Assembly (NCBI GenBank): GCA_964453985.1
Contig: CAYVQB010000006.1
Location: forward strand, 1 to 47,167
Length of the DNA: 47,167 nt
Direction: 5' to 3'
Origin: an uncultured Pseudomonadota bacterium
Lineage (GTDB): Bacteria > Babelota > Babeliae > Babelales > UASB340
A model generated the notes under the pieces. It made no database searches, was not told the DNA's origin, and saw only the letters and a list, made by a program, of their open reading frames with translations. Both the position numbers and the translations under genes were made by a program. Position 1 is the stretch's first letter, and each line of letters begins with the position of its first letter. This document shows positions 9,850-17,837 of this stretch, piece after piece.

Positions 9850-10521
9850 TTATTTCTCTTTTTTATTTTCCAAGATATATTTTAGAATTTTGTTATTTTG
9901 TTCTTCTATATTTCTTAGCTTATTTTCTATAGGGTCATCTATCACAAATCTTTGTATTAATTCGCCAAAGACTTCTATAGTTGCTTTTTCTATGAAATTA
10001 TCTATAGCTTTTTCTGTAATATCAATGTTTTTTGAACGTATATATTCGCCCAGTGTTGCAATCGTTGTAGATGTTAGAATTTTAATAAATCGTCTTGGAA
10101 TTCTGTGTTTTATGCTGTTATTAATTCCAGTATTTATGAGCATTTCTACTATCTTTTCACCGACAATAGTTAAACCTATCTTGTTTTTTAAAGTTCCCCA
10201 TTTATTATTTTTAGAGATTTCTTTAATTTTTATAAGAACGTCTAAACTAGCAGAAAAAAGGTTTTCGTTTTCTGATACAGCACTTGCAAGAGTACTACTT
10301 GCAAAACCAGGGAGATAAATAGAACATTTGCACCCGTCTGGTTTTGGGATCTTAACTGTAGGTTCAGGCCAGATTTTATATCTTTCTGGAAGTAATTGGT
10401 CTGTAGCTCCTGCCAGAGAGACAAGAAATTGTATTTGTTCAGCGCTGTTTTTGCTAATTATAGCTTCTGAATTGCTAGTACTAAAAGAAGTTAATAATAA
10501 AAAAGTTATAACTTTTTTCAT
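9850..10521 (-). CDS. orphan secreted protein embedded in the efflux operon
   Basis: Start trimmed to the ATG at 10521 (MKKVITFLLLTSFSTSNSEA signal peptide). This ATG overlaps the TolC stop as ATGA. No recognisable family. Confidence 0.6.
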   Translation of the reverse strand: MKKVITFLLLTSFSTSNSEAIISKNSAEQIQFLVSLAGATDQLLPERYKIWPEPTVKIPKPDGCKCSIYLPGFASSTLASAVSENENLFSASLDVLIKIKEISKNNKWGTLKNKIGLTIVGEKIVEMLINTGINNSIKHRIPRRFIKILTSTTIATLGEYIRSKNIDITEKAIDNFIEKATIEVFGELIQRFVIDDPIENKLRNIEEQNNKILKYILENKKEK

Positions 10522-11771
10522 TCTGGATATCCACATGAGTATTGTAGCTCTCGTTCTTTTATGGCTGTCTGTATTTTTAAAGTAAGCCATGTGTATTTTT
10601 GATTTTCCCAATTATATTTAGACTGATCAAAATCTACTTTTGATATATCTCCAATTTCGTATTTTTGTTTGTTCAAAATGAAATCATTTTTTGCTTGTGT
10701 AACTTGTACGTCTTGAGCGAATAATTGTTTAAGCAAAATAGAAAGATCGTTATAAGTTTTTTGAACATCATATCGTGTTTGTTGCATTGCAGCTTCTTTT
10801 TCTTCCATAGCTTTTAGCATTTGGGCATGGGCTCTATGTTGTTCGTGGTGTTTCTTTGTTCCATCAAAGATATTCCAAGAGAAGTATGCTCCTACTGTAT
10901 TGCTTTCTGTGGATCTTCCTATTTTTGAATATTCTCCAACAACTCTAAGTTCTGGAGCATTACCTTTTTGATATAAATATTCGGTCGCCTTTTTCTCTTC
11001 GATTTCTTTTTGTTTCTTTTTTATATCTTTCCTGTTTTTGTATGCCTTTTGATAATAGCTTTGTAAGTTTTCTAGCTTTATTTCTTGTTTAGAATCCCAT
11101 ATCAAAGTTATTGTTTCTTTTTTGTCGTTAAATTTTTTACCAATAAAAAATTCAAGTTGGCTTTGGGCATTGCTAATATCGTCAGGATAAAGGTACACAC
11201 TAGCCATATTTGCTGCATAGGTTGCCTCATCTTGCAGCCAAACGTTTCTGTCTAAAAGATTTAATTGATTTGAATGTTCAGATTTTTTTACATTTTGATT
11301 AGCGGATAAATTTAAGTTTTGTATGAATTTGTTTTTTCTTTGTAAAAGCCAGGATTGCAAGAATGATGCTTCTACATTATATCGTAAATAATCCTTCTTT
11401 TCTTCTTCTGTTAATCTTGAAACATCTGTTTGCTTTCTTGCTATTCCACGTTCTTGTAGCGGGCCTGCAAAGCTGAAAACTAATTGGCTTGCTCGCAGCC
11501 CAATTCTGTTGTGTATTCCTTTTACTCCTGATGTGATATATGGAGTTTCACTTAAATTCACGTTTGGTAGGTATCCTGAAATCGCAACTTTTTCATTCTC
11601 TTTGCTAGCTTGAGTTGAGTATTTTAATGCTTTTAAGTTTGGATTATGTTGATAAGACATATTAATTGCTTTTTCTAGCGATAGCTTTGTATTTAATTGA
11701 GTGTAGCAATTACATAGAAATAAAGCGTTTATGCTAAAAAAGGTTAAAAACGTGAATAGATACTTTTTCAT
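10518..11771 (-). CDS. TolC-like outer-membrane efflux protein
   Basis: About 417 aa with a signal peptide MKKYLFTFLTFFSINALFLC. The two-repeat coiled-coil/beta pattern is typical of OEP family proteins. Start moved to the ATG at 11771, 4 nt after the waaC-like stop. Confidence 0.75.
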   Translation of the reverse strand: MKKYLFTFLTFFSINALFLCNCYTQLNTKLSLEKAINMSYQHNPNLKALKYSTQASKENEKVAISGYLPNVNLSETPYITSGVKGIHNRIGLRASQLVFSFAGPLQERGIARKQTDVSRLTEEEKKDYLRYNVEASFLQSWLLQRKNKFIQNLNLSANQNVKKSEHSNQLNLLDRNVWLQDEATYAANMASVYLYPDDISNAQSQLEFFIGKKFNDKKETITLIWDSKQEIKLENLQSYYQKAYKNRKDIKKKQKEIEEKKATEYLYQKGNAPELRVVGEYSKIGRSTESNTVGAYFSWNIFDGTKKHHEQHRAHAQMLKAMEEKEAAMQQTRYDVQKTYNDLSILLKQLFAQDVQVTQAKNDFILNKQKYEIGDISKVDFDQSKYNWENQKYTWLTLKIQTAIKERELQYSCGYPE

Positions 11772-11775
11772 ATCG

Positions 11776-12828
11776 TTATCCAATACTTAAAATTTGTATG
11801 ATTTTATTAAACAAGTTTTCAGGTGTTAGTTTACACATACAATCGATTTTTATGCCAGTTTTTTTATTTTTGCCGTGAGTCTTTTGATAATAGTGTGGGC
11901 ATATGACTTGTATAGCGTTTTTCATGCTTTCTGTGTTTAAAAAGGGTCCATGCTTTTTGGCGAGGGTAGGTCCAAAGATCCCTATTGTTTTTTTATCTAG
12001 AAAATCTGCTATATGCAAAAGCCCTGTATCAGGTCCTATAAAGAGATCAGACTTTGATATTAAGTATGATGTTGCCAAAAGATCCCAGGTGGGAGCACAA
12101 TATGTTTTTAAATTATTTTTGTTTATATAACTTGCTAAATCCTTTGCTTGTTTGCCAAAGTCCTTACCTATTAGCACAACATCGGTTTTATTTTGTTCCA
12201 GTTTTTTTAATAGTTTTTGCCAATTTCCAGTGGGCCATTCTTTTGAATCCCATGTAGTATTGGGTGTTAGTGCTATAAATTTTTTTATATTATTTTCTTT
12301 GAGCCACTTTTTTATTTGTAGCCTTTTTTCTTCAGGTATAAATAATTTAAAATCTTTTTTTAATGTTTCTATTGTAGGACAGTTTTTGTTATTTACTACG
12401 TCGCAAGCTAAGGCAAGATTCTTTTGTATAATATTCGTGTATTCAGGTTTTGTATGATACTTAGTAAAATAGCTAGTTAAGCCTAGTCTGGAATTATTAT
12501 AGTCAAAGCCGTACTTAGGTCCTTTAAGTAAGGATAAAATAATAGAAGTTTTTGTTATGCCCTGGAAATCTAAAATAGCGTTCCATTGAGTTTTTCTTAT
12601 TTCGTTTATTACATTTAGTGTCACTCGCCAGTTTTTGGGTTTTATGAATTTGTTAGGTAAAACCCAAACTTTATCCAGAAATGGTTGAGACAATAAAAGA
12701 CTAGCTGCTTTTTGTTGTACCACCCAACTAATTTTGGAGTTAGGATATAACTTTTTTATTAGGGAAATTGCAGGTAAAGTATGTATTACATCACCTATTG
12801 CAGATACTCGTACTATTAAAATGTTCAT
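11776..12828 (-). CDS. LPS heptosyltransferase (glycosyltransferase family 9, WaaC/RfaC-like)
   Basis: N-terminus MNILIVRVSAIGDVIHTLPAI and C-terminal GPDTGLLHIA are GT9 hallmarks. Confidence 0.8.
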   Translation of the reverse strand: MNILIVRVSAIGDVIHTLPAISLIKKLYPNSKISWVVQQKAASLLLSQPFLDKVWVLPNKFIKPKNWRVTLNVINEIRKTQWNAILDFQGITKTSIILSLLKGPKYGFDYNNSRLGLTSYFTKYHTKPEYTNIIQKNLALACDVVNNKNCPTIETLKKDFKLFIPEEKRLQIKKWLKENNIKKFIALTPNTTWDSKEWPTGNWQKLLKKLEQNKTDVVLIGKDFGKQAKDLASYINKNNLKTYCAPTWDLLATSYLISKSDLFIGPDTGLLHIADFLDKKTIGIFGPTLAKKHGPFLNTESMKNAIQVICPHYYQKTHGKNKKTGIKIDCMCKLTPENLFNKIIQILSIG

Positions 12829-12917
12829 TGTTTTTACTATATAAAAAAAGTTTTTTTTAATTATTATTCAGTTATAGCTTTTTTAGTAGTTTAATAGAAA
12901 CGTAAGGAGAATCAAAT

Positions 12918-15719
12918 ATGAATCTTATTAATTTTGTTTTAAGGTATAAGTGGTTTTTTATGATATCTTCATTTATTGTAGCTTTGGTTATTGGATTACA
13001 ATTTTTCGTACCATCAAAAAGCTTCATGCAAAAGGGAAAAGAGACAAAGAGTCGGGTCTTTAAAACGAAAGTAAAATTGGATATGAAACCAGAAAATATT
13101 AAAAAAATTGTGCTTGATAATGGAATGACAGTTCTTACATTTAAAAATCCAAGTTGTCCAAAAGTATTATTACAGATTGCCTATGATATCGGCTCTGCAG
13201 TTGAAGAAGCTGGAGGGCGTGGTCTTGCACACTTAATTGAACATATGATATTCAAAGGAACTGATAAACTTTCAGAGGGTGATCTTGATGCAATAGCAAG
13301 AAAGTATGGAGCTGATTTTAATGCTTTTACAAGCTATGATATGACCAGTTATCATTTTGAGATAGATAAAAATAACTGGAAGCCATTTGTTCCTCTTTTG
13401 GCTGACTGTATGCAAAATGCCCGTTTTGATGAACAACACTTGGCTTCAGAATTAAAAACAGTAGTTCAAGAGCTCAAGATGTATAAAGATAATTATTCTT
13501 GGGTAATGCTTGAAAAAGCTGCAGAGCTTCTTTTTCCTCCAAACCATCCATACCATTTTCCTATAATTGGGTATAAGCAAGATCTTGCAAACTTAAAAGC
13601 CCAAGATCTTAAAGATTTTTATAACAAATATTATGGCCCAGAGCATGCAACTTTGTTTATAGTTGGTGATATTGATCTTGATGAGGCTGTAGAGCTTGCA
13701 AGGCAAAACTTTGAAGGTATTAAACCCAAAAAAGAACAGGTTCAGCCTGAGCAGCCTCCAAGTATTCCACAAAGTCTGATTCAGCATAAAAGTAGTATTT
13801 ATGAAAATGTACAAAAAGAGCAACATTGGTTTTATTGGTTGATTCCAGGACAAAGAGATTTAGATGATGTTCTGTTATCTGTTGTAGAATTTATTCTTGG
13901 TCATGGTGAAGGTAGTAGGTTATATCGACGCTTGGTTGATGAAGAAAAAATTGCAGTTGATGTTGGTTCTAGCGATTTCCATCTAAGATATGCTGGCTTT
14001 TTCTTATTGGCTGTTGAGCCTGTTGAAGGTAAAGCTACAGAGTGTAGAAAGGCTATAGAGCAAGAGTTACAAAAAATTGCTAAAGAGGGTGTTAGCGATA
14101 AAGAATTAAATAAAGTTGTTAACACAAAAGCTAGACAGTTCTTTCAAAAATTACAATCGCTTTCTAGTTTTACTTATGAATGGATAAAGTCTTATCTTAC
14201 TCACAAAGATGAACTTGAAGTTTTTAATAAGGTTAATAAATTCTCTAATATAACATCAGAGCAAGTTCAGGATTTTGTAAAAAAATATTTAGATATCATG
14301 CTGATGAACCAAATAGAGATTTTGCCTTTGCCTGAAGATAAAAAAGATCAGTGGCAAGCTCTTAAAAAAGATTCTGATAAAATGGATCTAGAGATTTTGG
14401 CAAAACATAAAAGAACTGCAGCGGTAGAAGAACCTCGTTTTGTAACCGAATTAAAAGATCCTAATTCTTTAGAATTTAGTTTCCCTAAGCCTACCAAAGA
14501 TTTTACTCTTGATAATGGTTTAAAAGTTCTATTTAAACAAAATGGTCAGTGGCCAATTCTAAATTTAGTTTGTAGGTTCAAAGATGCCGAATTTTATATG
14601 AATTCAAAAGATGGCATCCTCTTAAACTTGATGATGAGCCTTTTGATAGAAGGTAGCAACGGTTACTCAAAAGATGATAATGTTGATTTCTTTGAGGGGC
14701 TTGGTGCAAATTATGCCTATGATTCTACAGGTGGCTCTTTTACTTGTTTAAGTGATAACTTTAAGCATGTTATAGATCGTTTTTTTCATGTTTTAATGAA
14801 GCCTGAATTTAGTAAAGATGCTATAGATAAATTAAAGAATATTTATATTGATCTTTATGAAAGAACTAAAGATTCTCCAAACGATGTTGGCACAAAATTA
14901 CTCAAGAATCTTGTTTACAAGGGGCATCCGTACGATTGGACCTTTGATCAGGCTATAGAAATAATTAAATCTGCTGATTCTAAAACTTTATATGACTTAC
15001 ACAAGAAATATGTAACACCTGAAAATGTGATAGTTTCTGTTGCTGGTAATTTTGATTCTGGAAAAATGGAATCTGCTCTAAAAGAGTCTTTAAAGAGTTG
15101 GTCTGGTGGCCGGGTTAAAGTTGATTATAACGCTAAATCTGAATTCAAACCTAATCAAGTACTTGATCATTTTATGCTAAGAGACCAAGTTGTCTTTCTT
15201 ATGGGCAAGCCTAGTATAATTGATATTTATAATCCTGACCTAGTTCCTTTAAGGCTTCTGAATACTATTTGTTTTGGTTCTATGGGTTCACGTGTATACC
15301 AACTAAGAGAACGTACTGGATTGTTTTATGCCGCAGGTGGTGGTTATGCTGTTATGGCTGCCAAAGAGCATGGCTTTAATTATGTTATATCTATATTGAG
15401 CTTAGATAGCCTTGATGAAGCTAAAAAAGGCTTTCTTGGTGTTATCGACGATTTTGCTAAAAATGGTGCTAAGATCGAAGAGCTTGATGCAACACGACGT
15501 ATGTATTTAAAAGATCTGATTGATCTTACTGCTAGTAACGAAGGCATTGCCGCTATGCTTGCTAAGCTTGAGGCTTTTGAGCTTGGTTTTGATTATTATG
15601 ATAAAGTCTTAAAGCGAGTTCAAGAGATGAGCTTGGATGAATTGAATAAGATTTGTACTAAGTATTTCACGACTGATGATATGGCGACTGTGCGTGTTGG
15701 CCGAGTTGGCAAAGACTAA
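12918..15719 (+). CDS. M16 (pitrilysin/insulinase) family zinc peptidase, double-module, N-terminal membrane anchor
   Basis: 933 aa with the inverted zinc motif HLIEHMIFKGT (HxxEH) and two M16 halves. AAGGAG RBS at 12903-12908. Confidence 0.85.
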   Translation: MNLINFVLRYKWFFMISSFIVALVIGLQFFVPSKSFMQKGKETKSRVFKTKVKLDMKPENIKKIVLDNGMTVLTFKNPSCPKVLLQIAYDIGSAVEEAGGRGLAHLIEHMIFKGTDKLSEGDLDAIARKYGADFNAFTSYDMTSYHFEIDKNNWKPFVPLLADCMQNARFDEQHLASELKTVVQELKMYKDNYSWVMLEKAAELLFPPNHPYHFPIIGYKQDLANLKAQDLKDFYNKYYGPEHATLFIVGDIDLDEAVELARQNFEGIKPKKEQVQPEQPPSIPQSLIQHKSSIYENVQKEQHWFYWLIPGQRDLDDVLLSVVEFILGHGEGSRLYRRLVDEEKIAVDVGSSDFHLRYAGFFLLAVEPVEGKATECRKAIEQELQKIAKEGVSDKELNKVVNTKARQFFQKLQSLSSFTYEWIKSYLTHKDELEVFNKVNKFSNITSEQVQDFVKKYLDIMLMNQIEILPLPEDKKDQWQALKKDSDKMDLEILAKHKRTAAVEEPRFVTELKDPNSLEFSFPKPTKDFTLDNGLKVLFKQNGQWPILNLVCRFKDAEFYMNSKDGILLNLMMSLLIEGSNGYSKDDNVDFFEGLGANYAYDSTGGSFTCLSDNFKHVIDRFFHVLMKPEFSKDAIDKLKNIYIDLYERTKDSPNDVGTKLLKNLVYKGHPYDWTFDQAIEIIKSADSKTLYDLHKKYVTPENVIVSVAGNFDSGKMESALKESLKSWSGGRVKVDYNAKSEFKPNQVLDHFMLRDQVVFLMGKPSIIDIYNPDLVPLRLLNTICFGSMGSRVYQLRERTGLFYAAGGGYAVMAAKEHGFNYVISILSLDSLDEAKKGFLGVIDDFAKNGAKIEELDATRRMYLKDLIDLTASNEGIAAMLAKLEAFELGFDYYDKVLKRVQEMSLDELNKICTKYFTTDDMATVRVGRVGKD

Positions 15720-15740
15720 AGAAAGATAATAGAGACAAAA

Positions 15741-15780
15741 AAGAGGGGAGAAGTTTTTAAACTTCTCCCCTCTTTTTATT
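15741..15780. terminator. rho-independent, bidirectional terminator hairpin
   Basis: AAGAGGGGAGAAGT / ACTTCTCCCCTCTT form a perfect 14-bp stem with a 6-nt loop, flanked by an A-run and a T-run, between convergent genes. Confidence 0.85.
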
Positions 15781-15793
15781 TCTAGTTATTAAG

Positions 15794-16759
15794 CTAGCTC
15801 AGTGATTTGCCTAGCATTGAACAGGTTTTTAGATTTTCACGCATATTGTTAAGTTCGGTTTTAAGATTTGCTCTATTAGTTGAACTTAGATTTCGTATCC
15901 AATCGTGAAATTCTGGATAGCTTCTAACAATAGCGTAAATATTGTTAACGGTTTTGCTTGCTGGTTTATGTAAATGATCTAATAGTTGTATATAGCTTTG
16001 CTTGGCCTCTTGCATAGAAAATTTTACTGGAGTGTTTGTTTTTTGTTTTAGATTTTCGATTAGATAGTCAGGATTATACTCACCGTAAAAACTTTTGCCT
16101 TCCCATTCAATTGCATGTTTACAGAAGGGGTTGTTTTGATTGTTTTTGTTGCAGATTGTGTGATCATAGGTACCATCAACTGCTCTTGCTCCACCTAGAA
16201 TTTTTAAATTTTGTTCATAGCTTTTATTGCTGGTGAGGCCTCTCTGCTGTTCTTGAGGAAGACTATTATAGGCTTCTTTAAGTTTGTTCACGAATTGAGT
16301 TCCAGTATTGGATATTCCTTTAGTATTCCAATTTGGGTGACAGAAGTCCTTATAATTATCCCCAGGATTTACATTATGACCCCAGGTGTCTTTTGTCACA
16401 CAGTTCCTTTTTTTGCAAAAGGCTTCATGTTTTGTTTTTAATATAAAATTCTTTCTATGAGTTTTCAGGCTTGATACCCAACTTGGAGTTTTACATGCGA
16501 TATATAATCCAGCGAGTGTTGCTGCAGGAATTGCTGCGTCTTTGGCCGCAAGCTTTAAATGTCCCAAAGCCTTTTTATATTCGCCGGCTCTTGCAGTTTT
16601 GTAGGCATTAGATAAATCATAGCCTGTGTCTTTTGCTTTTGTAACCAAATAGTTAGATGCATTTGTAGCAGTATCTTTGGTTGTTTGCCATACGCTGGCT
16701 TGAGCATCACAATTTAAACCTAAAGTTAGTAATGTTGATAATAGAATAATCTTTTTCAT
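15794..16759 (-). CDS. orphan secreted Cys-containing protein
   Basis: 321 aa with a signal peptide MKKIILLSTLLTLGLNCDAQA. About ten Cys are scattered in the mature part. No family recognised. Confidence 0.6.
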   Translation of the reverse strand: MKKIILLSTLLTLGLNCDAQASVWQTTKDTATNASNYLVTKAKDTGYDLSNAYKTARAGEYKKALGHLKLAAKDAAIPAATLAGLYIACKTPSWVSSLKTHRKNFILKTKHEAFCKKRNCVTKDTWGHNVNPGDNYKDFCHPNWNTKGISNTGTQFVNKLKEAYNSLPQEQQRGLTSNKSYEQNLKILGGARAVDGTYDHTICNKNNQNNPFCKHAIEWEGKSFYGEYNPDYLIENLKQKTNTPVKFSMQEAKQSYIQLLDHLHKPASKTVNNIYAIVRSYPEFHDWIRNLSSTNRANLKTELNNMRENLKTCSMLGKSLS

Positions 16760-16939
16760 AAGGTCCCCCGTAAAAGAAATGTGTTTCGTTTAAACTATTT
16801 CAAGTATTCCAGTATTGGAGGGTGTTTGCAAACGGTAGGGGTGTGTTTTAGCCTGTATTTTACAGCTATTTATTTGATTGGTTTGCTATAAGATTTGGAT
16901 TTATATTTGTAATTATAACTGGGAAAAAGTTGTTTTGTG

Positions 16940-16996
16940 CACCCGTAAAAGGGTGCGAATCTGAGGTAGCACAGAGCGAGCCCAAAGGGCGGTGCT
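16940..16996. repeat. double-hairpin repeat module (short GC hairpin + TAGCACAG hairpin) just after the yidD stop
   Basis: CACCC-GTAAAA-GGGTG followed by GCGAATC, an 11-nt spacer overall, then TAGCACAGAGCGAGCCCAAAGGGCGGTGCT (AGCAC/GTGCT and GCCC/GGGC stems). Same layout as 36957-37010 and 37261-37311. Confidence 0.6.
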
Positions 16997-17002
16997 CCAG
17001 GG

Positions 17003-17233
17003 CTATTGCTTGATACGTCTAATAATCCCAGTAATTGGGTTACAACTTAAAACTCTGAGAATAATTAACGGAATGGCAACATAAAAGGGTTTATGTTCTA
17101 GGTTATGCTTGGCATATTGCCTGCAAGTAATAGGGTAAATACATGTGCCTGATGGGCCAAGAAGCGGTCGAATAGAGTCTATAGTAGCCATTATGGCTTT
17201 GACTAAGAGTCTTTTGATGTGCTTTGTTCGCAT
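17003..17233 (-). CDS. yidD: membrane protein insertion efficiency factor YidD
   Basis: IRPLLGPSGTCIYPITCRQYAKHNL...LRVLSCNP resembles the YidD Cys motif pattern, and the gene sits after rnpA. The start may be the internal ATG at 17191. Confidence 0.75.
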   Translation of the reverse strand: MRTKHIKRLLVKAIMATIDSIRPLLGPSGTCIYPITCRQYAKHNLEHKPFYVAIPLIILRVLSCNPITGIIRRIKQ

Positions 17234-17559
17234 AGACTTTGTACCAAAAACTCTTTTAATTGTTCAAAACTTAAGTCTACAGCTGGTTTATACACCAACA
17301 TTATATAGATTCTAGATTTCTCGAACAGTTTCTCTTCATAAAAAACAGCTTTCAAGCGTCTTTTTATAAGATTTCTTTTATTAGCAGTACCAACTTTAGC
17401 CGGTATCACAATAAGCATCTTACCAAAGGGTATGGGTTTATCTTCAGGTTTGGCTTGCAGAAGCTTTAATCCCCGTCTTTGGTTGCAAACAGTTGCCTGT
17501 GAAAAGGCCATATCGATTTCTTTTTTAGAGAAAGAGAAGAGTTCTTTGAAATTTGTCAT
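17203..17559 (-). CDS. rnpA: ribonuclease P protein component
   Basis: RNR-type motif KVGTANKRNLIKRRLK, 118 aa, located downstream of rpmH. Confidence 0.85.
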   Translation of the reverse strand: MTNFKELFSFSKKEIDMAFSQATVCNQRRGLKLLQAKPEDKPIPFGKMLIVIPAKVGTANKRNLIKRRLKAVFYEEKLFEKSRIYIMLVYKPAVDLSFEQLKEFLVQSLCEQSTSKDS

Positions 17560-17571
17560 GATATTAACAGG

Positions 17572-17609
17572 TTAACCAGGGCAGAAATATGAGTTTTTGC
17601 CCTGGTTAA
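17572..17609 (-). promoter_or_regulatory. perfect 11-bp hairpin in the rpmH-rnpA spacer
   Basis: TTAACCAGGGC / GCCCTGGTTAA with a 16-nt loop. It lies 6 nt after the rpmH stop and 12 nt before the rnpA ATG, with no U-tail in the transcribed (minus) sense. Confidence 0.5.
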
Positions 17610-17615
17610 AATTTT

Positions 17616-17750
17616 TTAAACGGCTAGTCTTTTACGACCTTTTGAGCGTCTTCTGTTAAGAATTTTACGGCCATCTTTAGTTGCCATACGCTTTCTGAAG
17701 CCGTGTTTTCTTTTTCTTTTTAAATTACTTGGTTTGTACGTGACTGACAT
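17616..17750 (-). CDS. rpmH: 50S ribosomal protein L34
   Basis: Absent from the ORF track (44 aa). My translation is [52 protein letters not shown] 8 nt upstream. Confidence 0.95.
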   Translation of the reverse strand: MSVTYKPSNLKRKRKHGFRKRMATKDGRKILNRRRSKGRKRLAV

Positions 17751-17806
17751 CTGTATTACTCCCGAAAATCATAATTTAGCTTAAAAATACTTATATAAGT
17801 ACTAGG

Positions 17807-17835
17807 ATTCTACCGTAAAAAGGCCAAAAGCGCAA
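17807..17835 (-). promoter_or_regulatory. candidate sigma70-type promoter for rpmH-rnpA-yidD
   Basis: The minus strand reads TTGCGC-17 nt-TAGAAT, about 55 nt upstream of the rpmH ATG. Confidence 0.4.
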
Positions 17836-17837
17836 GT

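Noticed and set aside
10522-10611. Upstream extensions of track ORFs: 9850-10611 (this span), 39933-40004 (of ORF 39207-40004), 43499-43525 (of ORF 43499-44005), 1147-1212 (of ORF 1147-2658) and 37787-37870 (of ORF 37319-37870)
   Set aside because: The extensions overlap neighbouring genes or lack homology. Internal ATGs give proper signal peptides or family N-termini and sensible RBS or stop-start coupling.
1128-12457. Many 60-180-aa ORFs antisense to larger genes (for example 1128-1436, 2798-2983, 3652-4029, 4557-4802, 5097-5453, 5589-5975, 6371-7099, 7508-8050, 8194-8647, 9890-10585, 11903-12457, and similar ones across the rest of the window)
   Set aside because: These are shadow ORFs fully embedded in well-supported genes on the other strand, with Ile/Phe/Ser/Leu-rich low-complexity translations and no family motifs.
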